Shown piece by piece: positions 54,192 through 64,000 of a DNA stretch of 64,000 bases; the stretch's first letter is position 1; each line of letters opens with the position of its first letter. The DNA comes from Paramecium tetraurelia (Eukaryota): assembly GCA_000165425.1 (NCBI GenBank), contig CT868318.1, forward strand, positions 337,067 to 401,066. Reading direction: 5' to 3'. The notes under the pieces were generated by a model. The model had not been told where the DNA came from and searched no databases. It saw only the letters and a list, made by a program, of their open reading frames with translations. A program made the translations under genes and the position numbers.

Positions 54192-55671
54192 TCACTCTCC
54201 AATTTTCAGTCTTTTGAGGCCCTGTAACTTTGAGACATTTTATTAAATGATTTCCCTACAAAGATTAATTTTATATTTTTACTTCTTTAATGTTTCATTC
54301 TTTTGAATTGTTCTTATAGTTCTACTAAATCCTTCATGCTACTTTTCCAATAATTTATTTTATAAACTAATACTTTAATTATATAATGAATCTACATTGA
54401 ATTCATACATTGAGTTTAAAGAATCATCAATTGATCTTGATGATTTTTGTGATATCCCATCTTTTAGATTCAAATATGATTATTTATGAAATTTCTATGG
54501 AATTTTAAAAATTTTGTTGTGTGGTACTATCCCTGCGGAAATTAACAAAGACTTTTTCACTTTAGATTAGATCTCTTTATCATGAAAAGGGTCTTCAACT
54601 TGAAAATCGGTTATATATTTAATCAATTCTAAGTCATTATTTATGTATTAGTTTTTTAAGTAATTTTACTTAATAAATGGAACTATTTATTTGACATTCC
54701 CAAGACTATGCAAAGACTAAGATTGTTAATGAACTATTTTTTTATATTAAGAATTTAAGAATATCTTCTTTTTTGCTTTTTCATTTTAGATGAAGTCTCT
54801 TACTTACAATTCATCAATATATTATTTGGCCTTTTAATTTATTTAAAACTTGATGGCTGAAGTTTAAGTGGGAGGATCATATTTATTTTTTGTTTCATTT
54901 TCATAAGTAGCTGTTTTGACAGTTTAATAAGGATTTGAGTGTTAGATTAGTTTAAGTTGATTTCCATTAACAATATTCTTCTATATAATTGGATTTGATT
55001 TTTTTTCCATATATCTTCTTGATATTAGTTTAATATATTCATCGCTAATATCGTACATCTATTTGATAACACCGACATTTTTCAATTCTCGACTTCTTTT
55101 TATGATTTCTTCCTCCTCCTTTAATTTAATTTTATGTTCAATTAAATTTCTTAAAACACCAAATCTAGATTCGATCCTTGATTTCTTTGAGATATCATCT
55201 GATTTGTCTTTCAGCAATTTAAGGAATCCTTTCTATTTTTGAGGCTGATTTCTAGCGTTACTATCATCTTATTCAATTCTGAAAAGTTTAAATTTTTTTG
55301 GTGAATTGGGTCTTTGTCTATCAAGCAATTCTGACTAGTTTTTAAGTTTTAGAAACTCACAAGCTGATATTTCACCTTTGATGAATTTTTCAAAATTGCC
55401 CCTTACTGAAGGACTTGAGTAGACATTGTTACCTAAAAACATTGGAGCTTCTCTCAAAAAAGCAGGATCAATGTGTTTATTCCTTTTCTTTTATCTGACA
55501 AGTCCTTCACCTAAGAAATTGCCAAACATAATATTCCAATTTTTAAGTCTGTCATCTTGTTATTTTGGTTCAACTTATTCAGTTTTATGTTCGCTAAACT
55601 AAAATTTGTCCAATTAATACACAAGTAGTTGTTTAAGTTGCCTCCCTTCGTCTATGTACTAATCTTTTCAT
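54192..55671 (-). CDS. hypothetical protein
   Basis: Spliced ORF MKRLVHRRRE...MFGNFLGEGLVR, with tiny introns near 55600, 54370 and 54260. Confidence 0.6.
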
Positions 55672-55681
55672 TAAATAAATT

Positions 55682-56481
55682 ATGATTTTTAATCGAAGAA
55701 TTTGTAAAGTTATATTTCATCCAACTCCTCGTTTTTGTTTCTTTTAACCTCCATAGTTTGATATTAACAAGGATTATTACAAAATCTTAAATTCATAACC
55801 TACAGATCAGGAACAAAAGATAAAACTAGAATATTATAAATTAGCAAAAAAATACCATCCCGATGTAAATTAAGGAAATGAAGAGAAATTTAAATAAATC
55901 AATGAAGCATGGAATGTAATTAATCGAAATATTAATTAGGTTCTATCTGATAAAGATAAAAAATAATAATATGATTCTGCAAGATCCTATACAAATAACA
56001 ATAATGAAACAAATAATAAAACCAACCAAGAACAAAGACAGCAATAAAATCATGAGGATTTTTTCAATTAAAAAGGTTCAAACGGGTTTTATTAATAATA
56101 TTCATAAAAAAGTAATTATTTGTTTGTAAAGAAGGCAGCAACAATTCCTAATAATTTTCCAAAAGATAAATGGATGAGATGTAAAAATAAGCTTAAGAAT
56201 ATATGAATATGTTTTAAAATGGATAATTCTCACAAATGTCTCAAGCATTTCGATAAGCCACAAAAGGAGATCCTAAATTTAATAGGATCAATGCATTTAT
56301 GAATCTTGCTGAAATGGCAGGTAAATTTTATTCAGAAAGATAAAGGTCAAATATGTAAAATGAAAAAAATAGATAACAAAATGTATCATCTTTTTAAGAT
56401 AAAGAAGATTAGCTCAAAGATTCCTTAAAAAATATAAAAAACGGTATTAAAGGGTTATGGGATTAATTTACTAAGAAATGA
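55682..56481 (+). CDS. DnaJ (J-domain) protein, probably mitochondrial
   Basis: Basic presequence-like MIFNRRICKVIFHPTPRFCFF, then DYYKIL...YYKLAKKYHPD...EKFKQINEAWNVLSD. Confidence 0.9.
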
Positions 56482-56692
56482 ATTCCTCTTATTTATGTTT
56501 TTAATGTTTTTAAAATCTATTGATTTTTTCATAAATATAATCTTCTTCTTTATCAAGGACTAAGCTTGTGTTTTTGATCAGAATACAAATCTCATCTCAA
56601 AAAGATATATCGAAACAATTAAGCTTGTTGATTGAAATATGGATTATCATAAATAAAAATACAGATTTTTATATAAATTGATTAATTAAAAA

Positions 56693-59600
56693 TCATTAAT
56701 TACTTCTGTTTGTATCCATTTTAGAACTAAAAGAGATTGACAAACTTTCTGAGTTTCGTTTATTTCTTCTTTAACTAGAAGCTCTTTTAATTTGAGTGCT
56801 TTCAATATTAACTAAACTTAAAATTGTATTGACTCCTTAAGAAGTCTTTTCTCCAATAGAAAAATAGTTTGACTTTGTGACTGAATTTGTTTCCCTTTAT
56901 CTCCAACTTAAATTACTTCCATATATATGTTCTTTTAAAACTCTAGAAGATTTTAATCTACTTGCACTTCCTTAACTCTATTAGAATATTAAATATGAAT
57001 TACATTGCTTAGATCTGTAAACTGATTCACTTCCTTGAATTTACAAAAGTTTGGAGCAATCATATCGTTTTTCTTACACCTTAAACATATTCTATGATCA
57101 AAAGGAGGGAAGATATCTTCATTTTATTACTCTGTTTGAACAGCATGATCAGTTATTTATGCTCTTCCTGAACTGCTATAGTTTTAAACTGAAGATGCTT
57201 ATTCCTAACTAGTATTATTATCATCCTCAATAAATATATGTTTGTTTTTTTTAATGATCCCAGTCGGCCTTTTTTAAGTATTTGACTCTTAAGAATCATC
57301 TAAATCTTTTGAAAATTTAGCCACTTCTCTGTAAAAACTTTATTAAATGGAGGAAGCTGGAGAGTTTGTATAACAATTAGGACTCTTATGTTAAGCTCTA
57401 GGAGGTTTTTAACTATTGCGAGTTTATTAGTAATCCAACCTATTCTAAAGGTTTAATTAGTCTTGCAGATAATTTATCTATTTATCATATTATTAAACTA
57501 AGTCTTAAATAATTTATTCATATTTTTATTATGTTTGAACTATTGATTTATTTGATGTTTCCTAAACTTATTACATTTTTTTCTAAAAGGATTTCTCGCT
57601 TTCTTTTATTTACTAAAAGCTCATAGAAGAATTTAACACATCCTTTACCTACTCTAATTCTTTTGCAAATTGAAGAGACTTTTTATCATTTTCAATTTTG
57701 TATTATAATAAATCTTATTGTTTCTAAAATTCTAATTGATCAATTTATCTTTATAAAAGCATAATCTCATGCTTTTGATTCGAAATTGTCTATTAAAATT
57801 GTTAGTTTTATGATTATTTTTCCTAAGTTTATTATAAATATTTACTTCAATAATAGAATTGTATTCTAATTGAACTTCATTAGCTTATTATTCGTATTAA
57901 GCTGAATTACTGTCTAGTTCCTATTAAAGTTCCTAAATCAGTGCTTCTTTTTCCAAAACCGCCTATAATTAAAATAATATTTACTTATTCCAATTGAGAG
58001 GCTTAAAGTTTTAACTTATCAAATAATTAAGATTGTTATTGATATTATAATTATGTTTAATCTAACGCTAGTTTAGTAACTTTAATTTCATTCAAATAAT
58101 TTAATTCCTACTATTTCAATTATTCTTATAGCAAATTGATTTTTTGATTTAAAATTTGATTCTCGCTCTTTAAAGTTGTTTCTTTCTCAATCATTTTATG
58201 GCTCTCTAACAATTTTTCCTAGTCTTATATCTAAACCTTTTATTATAATTCTTAAGATTATGTTAGTACTTTTTTTAATCTATTTTCTGTTTACACTTTA
58301 TATTCTTTATATTCTTTTTGTATTTCATTGTATTTAATTTAATATTTAATGTCCTCATCAATTTCTCTTAGATCTGAATTTTGTGTATTACTAAGCTCAT
58401 AACTTTCTTTCAATTATTTTTATAATACATCATTCAACTTTAATTATTTCTTAATTTCAGTTTCTTGACAGCTAATTTATTTTTGAAGATCTTAAACCTA
58501 ATCTCTTAATTATTTCAACAAATTATCTGATTCTTTTTGTTAATCCAATAGTTTTGAATGCTACAATTACGTAGAATTTAATTCGGTTTCTAATTGTTAA
58601 ATTCTACTCGATTGAGATTTGGATAATTGAATGTATTATTTGATTTCATCACTTTCATCATTTTTGGACTAATATAAAATTGATTCCAATTCATTATTTT
58701 ATTTATTGAGTCTATTCAATGATTAATAAATGTTTTTCACATTGATCCTCTAATTTAATTCTGATGTCATTTAATTCATCCACATCATTCTTGTATTTCT
58801 GTAATTCCTTATACAAATTCGTATTGCTCTTTTGGAGTTATTTAATTTAATGAGTATACATTTGCAATTGATTATTGTATACTTAATTCTCTTTTTCAAT
58901 TTCAATGCTGTTATTAAGAATATTCTTCATTTCATCTTAAAGTTGCAATTTTTCATTATGTTTCTCATCAATTCGTTATTTGACTTAGTTTTAGATCTGT
59001 TTATTTTCCTTGATTATAATTTCATTTTCTTATTTTATTTCATCAATTTCCTTCTAATATTTGAAAATCTAATTTTGTAAGTCTTTAATTTCACATTCTT
59101 GATTATAAAGCATTTAATCCAAATGATCGAACACATAATTAAATAAATTTCCATTTGATTTTGGCTAAGGAATTCGAAACCTCTCTAATTGATTGAATAT
59201 CATCTATTCAAGATCCCTCCATTATTCCCATGAAGAATTGTTCTGCAACTATTAAATGATTTAATTTTTTTCCTCTAATTATTGACTCAACATCAAATTA
59301 ATCTTCTACTCATTTCTAAATAGGTTATTTTATTATTCTTAGGAGTTAAGTTTCTATTCCTGTAATTATAAGGTCATTCTATTATACTCATTCATGGACA
59401 ATAACTTAAAGTCCATTGACCCAAGATCTAATCTCTTCTCTTTCAAAGCAAGCACTTATTGTTCTACTTCTTGGAACACCTGAGCAGCAGCCTCTACTTC
59501 TTAAACAGACACGGTTTATTGACTAAGGTAATATTGATTAATAATACTTTTCAAACACATTTTCAATTTCTAGTGTAATCTTCTGATTGAATTCTATCAA

Positions 59601-59942
59601 TTTTCTTACAAAAGTTAACATTTCCTTAATTTAATCTTCATCTTGCTTTTATAATTTATTAATCTCTCTTGTTATGATTGTGGCCATAGATATTTTGGAT
59701 TCTTTGAATCTTGCATACTCCAAATCAATCTGATTTGATACGTTTACCATTTCTTATTTGTAGTGGCTTAACTTTTTGCTGTATTCCTTTAACTTCAATC
59801 GATTCTTATTATTAGTTAGTATTATTTAAGGACCCGTGCTTTCCTCCTTCAAAAAAGACTCATTAACAGATGACTTATTTTGAACAGCACTGACTTCTCT
59901 GAAATCCCTTAGTAATTGATCCATGAATTGAACCTTGCTCAT
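56693..59942 (-). CDS. large coiled-coil protein
   Basis: ORF starting MSKVQFMDQLLRDF, Q/E/K/L heptad-rich, several tiny introns. Confidence 0.7.
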
Positions 59943-59981
59943 TTTGAATTTGTATAAATATTAATTTGTTCGTTAATATAT

Positions 59982-62599
59982 ATGTAATTTGTCAATTGCA
60001 CTCCTTCTCCAAGAAAATCACCTATTACTATGCAGGGGAAATAGGGAAAAACGTACAAGTAAAAAAAGTCAATGAAATCAACATCAAAATAATTAGAGAT
60101 TCCTCCTATTTCTACTTAGAGAACGATGAAGACAACAGACCAAATTTTATCATAACGAAGTCCAATAACTGGTACCACAAAAACAACAAAATATACCATC
60201 GAAACAAAGCGGAGCATGTCTCCTGAGGAATTAAAATCTTTCAGAAAAAGTAATAAGACATAAAAAAATTAGGAAGACACAAATAATCCCAAACAAAGAT
60301 CTCCTTTATCCACTGAAAAAAAATAACATTCCAAGAAAATGTCTATACAATAATATATGAAGGATAAAAAGAAATCAGAGCAGTTAAAAGAAAAGCTACT
60401 GCAATAGAAAGTTTTGAATGAACAATAAAAAAAGTAATATTCATAAAATTCATATTTGTTAGATTATGCAATCTCTAAAAATTACAATTAGAAACTAAAT
60501 AAATAATTCAAAATGCTAAAAAAATAAAGAAGAAATCGTCTAAAAAAAGAATGAAATGTAAAAAATAAATACTAGATTAAATTATAAAAAGATTTGAAGA
60601 AATATCTAAAAGGTATGAAAAAGTCCAACTTGATTAGATTGACAAATTCTAATAAGAAGTTGCAAAACATTAATAATCTTATAAGACTTAGACTGAAATT
60701 GAATCCTAAATCAATTACAATTAAGAAGACTTTGATGCATTTAATGAATACTATTTACATCAAGCAGCCTTATTAATTTAAATTCATTGGAAAGAACACA
60801 AAAAGAGAAAGAATTAGTAAAATAAGAAAGCATCCCAATCTAAATTATAATAAATCAGCATAGATTGGGAACCACAATAATTAGTCTCATAATAAACATC
60901 TCCTAGCAATTTCGAAGATGGCTTTCTGTTTTGTCAAGGAGGAGAGAAATAAGTTCATATCTCAAATATTAGGAGTTCGATCATTTCTGAAGAATCCTCA
61001 CCTATTGTTAGTCAATTAAATTAAGAATTTGAAAATTGGAATCTATTTACTTAAAGAATAGTTAAAAACAAAGATATTTCAAGCATCAACAAATAAATGC
61101 AATAATAGATTATATCAATTGTTTAAACTCATTTAAAAAAGTCTGAAAATATTTCAGAAAGAAGAAGCGAAAACGAAGTCCTATAAGAGAAAAGCATAAA
61201 TAAACATCAAAAATAATTGAGTGAAGATCTCTCTAAATTTAATGTACTGCAATTGTAAAAACAATCATAAGAGGAAGAAAACCTAGTATTAAACTATAGA
61301 GAAGAAGTACTATATCTAAGGTATGATGTTGAATAAAAAAATACTACTGGCAAAGATCATCAATTGCTTGAAGAATGGCTAAATAGAGAATTAGAAGATC
61401 TATAAAATACAAGAAAAGCTTTTGAAATAGGTCATCGAAGGGAAATCTCAACACTAAAAAAGATTCAACGAGACATACTTATTGCTTCTGCAGAGCTTTA
61501 ATCAGATCCTTAAGATAATTTGCAGATTTAACAGATATAGTAATAAATAGATGAATAATTTAATGGTCTTAAAGTTACTAGATAGAATAATAATAAATTA
61601 TAAGAAGAAATCCACTAAACTGTAGATTTAGTAACTACTGAAATTCTTAATGATGTGATGATGGAACTAACTGAAGAAGTGCTAAATAAAAGGGAGGATC
61701 TCTATCTATTAATTTCAAATCTTGTGGTGAATTAAGATGAACCACCTTGCGTTCCTACTTCAATGGTTGATATCTCATAATATATTGATAACCTATTTAA
61801 ATATATTATGGAAAATTATCAATAGTCTTTGATATCAAATTTGAGTGCTCCTTTTGGATTTACACCTAAGCAGAGATTGAGGCTTATCCATGGAAATGAA
61901 GATGATGATATTGATAATAATAAGGAACTCTAAGACCAAATTGCATTCCCAATTGATGAGGCTATTTTTGTAGAATATGAAAACCAAAGAATGCCAGCAA
62001 CTGATAATGATGATGAAATTGGATGTGCCATTCTGGAACTATAGCATATCCACAATAAAGCTATCTTTGATGCATGTAATGAGGTCTTAAATCGTTTTAG
62101 ACCATTTTATTATAGTAATTATTTTATATTAAATTAAGATTCCGGGATAAAATACCCATGGGAATAAAAAAGAAATAGTTTAGAAAAAATATTAAACACT
62201 AGCTTGGTTCATATAATGGAAGAAGTGAAATCCACAGTATTGAAATAGAGTAAAGTTCTGTGTGGCTTTTATCCAACAGAAGACTTTGAAATTATTAAAT
62301 AGGAGAAATAAGAAATAATAGATGAGAAAAATATATTAATGCTTATGTAGCAATTAAATCTAGTGGAAAACCCATTATTAATTGATACAAATATTTAATT
62401 TGATAATTTGGCCTTAATTAGGGATGAGTAACTATACAAACTACTTATAGAAGATGTAATATTTTATTGAAAAATACTTTAGATAAAGGAATAGGAATAC
62501 AAGTGGACTTTGATTGAAGATGATCGTGCTGAATACTTAATGGAATTAAGTGATCAAATTTTAGAGAATCTTATCGAAGAAGTCTCGAAAGAAATGTGA
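59982..62599 (+). CDS. DUF4378-like C-terminal domain protein (basal body/centrosome type)
   Basis: HIHNKAIFDACNEVLNRFRPF...YPW...RDEQLYKLL...EYKW...ELSDQILENLIEEV, preceded by coiled coil. Confidence 0.7.
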
Positions 62600-62941
62600 T
62601 TCTGCTTATTATTTGATATTTTATGTATAATAACGTTTATAACATTATATAGTGTTCTCATACCATTTATTATTTAGCTATATACAAATAACAAATAACA
62701 AAAGACTAATATTAAAGGTTCAATAGTTTTGAATATATCCGATTTTAAAGCAATCAAGTAAAATTGTTTAAATAGCACTAATTAGTAGAGTTGATTACTA
62801 TAGTCATAAATGTTCTTTTATTGTAAAATGATAGTTATCTGAATGTATAAATTAGTCTTTTATTCATTAGTATAAAAGTATAATATGAGAATTATAGTGT
62901 TTAATTTTTAAGAATAAATAAAAATAATTATTGTGTGTGTG

Positions 62942-63814
62942 ATGTTGACAGAAAGCTTATAAATAAATTCAGGACATTCTAGTATGATCCATGATATTAA
63001 ATACGATTACTATGGTGATAAATTAGCAAGTTGCGGAAGTGATGGATATATTAATGTCTATGACGTGTCAAAAAAACATTAAGTTGCTTAAATAAAGACG
63101 TACATAATGAATATTACATTTTAGTCGAGATTCTCCATTATTTTCATTATCTTGGTCACATCCTAGGTTTGGCAACGTATTAGCTGCATCATCATACGAT
63201 GGAGAAATTTCTATTTTTAAGGAATAAAAGGAATGGAATAAAGTGGCAACCTATTAGAATGAAGGCAGTGTCAATTGTGTTCAATTTATGCCTAGAGAAT
63301 TATTTTTGGCATGTGGTACTTCAGATGGATTTGTAATTTTATTGGATAATAACAAAAATTGGGATGTTGATTAGAAATGGTAAGCACATGAATCAATAAT
63401 ACATGGATTATGTTGGAATTAAGATGGTTCATTATTAGCAACCTGCAGTGCTGATAAATTGATTAAAGTCTGGGAATTTACTATCAATAACAAGCCATAA
63501 TTGAAATACACAATTCAATCTCATTTGGACGTAGTGAAGGATGTTTAATTCCATCCTTTAGAAAACAACATCCTTGTATCAGGAGGAGATGTAAGAATCA
63601 ATCACATTTATAGGATGGGAAACTTAGAATTCATAGATTAGATGAGGATGCACTAGAAAGTCAAGTTATTGATTTTCACATGACCATTTGGAGAATATCA
63701 TTCAATATGTTGGGCAATTTAATAACAGTAAACGGAGAAAGTAATGGTTAAAGTAATCTTAAAACACTTAAATAAGAGAACAATTTTTAATATAGCGTTA
63801 TTGATTGCAATTGA
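62942..63814 (+). CDS. SEC13: Sec13-like WD40 protein
   Basis: SGHSSMIHDIKYDYYGDKLASCGSDG, LSWSHPRFGNVLAASSYDGEISIFKE, IWRISFNMLGNL. Confidence 0.8.
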
Positions 63815-63842
63815 ATAATGTATAGATCAAAATGAAATTATA

Positions 63843-64000
63843 TCAACTTGTTAAATTTACATTTATATTTGCCTCTTTAGCTAATCTTAAAATTGCTGCC
63901 ATTCTAACTGCCTTCTTCGCTGCCTCATCTAAATCTTCAGTAAACATCATGTTGAATCCTGACTCCTCTATCAATTTCTTTGCCTCATCTATTTTTGTTC
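63843..64000 (-). CDS. succinyl-CoA ligase beta subunit, 3' end (partial)
   Basis: TKIDEAKKLIEESGFNMMFTEDLDEAAKKAVRMAAILRLAKEANINVNLTS*. Confidence 0.9.
   Translation of the reverse strand, partial: TKIDEAKKLIEESGFNMMFTEDLDEAAKKAVRMAAILRLAKEANINVNLTS

Noticed and set aside
52264..55671. One long TTLL gene
   Set aside because: The spliced upstream frame ends at TGA 54192-54194 and is followed by an AT-rich gap, so these are two genes.

Overview
A very AT-rich, gene-dense ciliate macronuclear segment, most likely Paramecium. TAA/TAG read as Gln, TGA is the only stop, introns are about 20-31 nt (GT..AG), and many intergenic gaps are only 10-100 nt. The supplied standard-code ORF track is therefore mostly fragments or artefacts. 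Reading by hand with the ciliate code gives about 29 genes. These include a membrane-anchored eIF2-alpha kinase, a B-box/coiled-coil/GGGxY-repeat protein, a 2xCCCH plus EXD1/Egalitarian-like DEDDy exonuclease, and a ~2,770-aa LRGG-capped NACHT/pentapeptide/beta-propeller protein. Also present are MSP-like, EBP-like, ODA docking-complex, ABCC, ATG2-like, YhhW-type pirin, USP, LRR, F-box-like plus TBC, truncated CPSF30-like, TTLL, DnaJ, DUF4378 and Sec13 genes, and the 3' end of succinyl-CoA ligase beta. There are two decayed gene-poor stretches and a 150-N gap flanked by a probable false duplication. Coordinates and family calls come from manual translation and motif recognition only; no searches were run.
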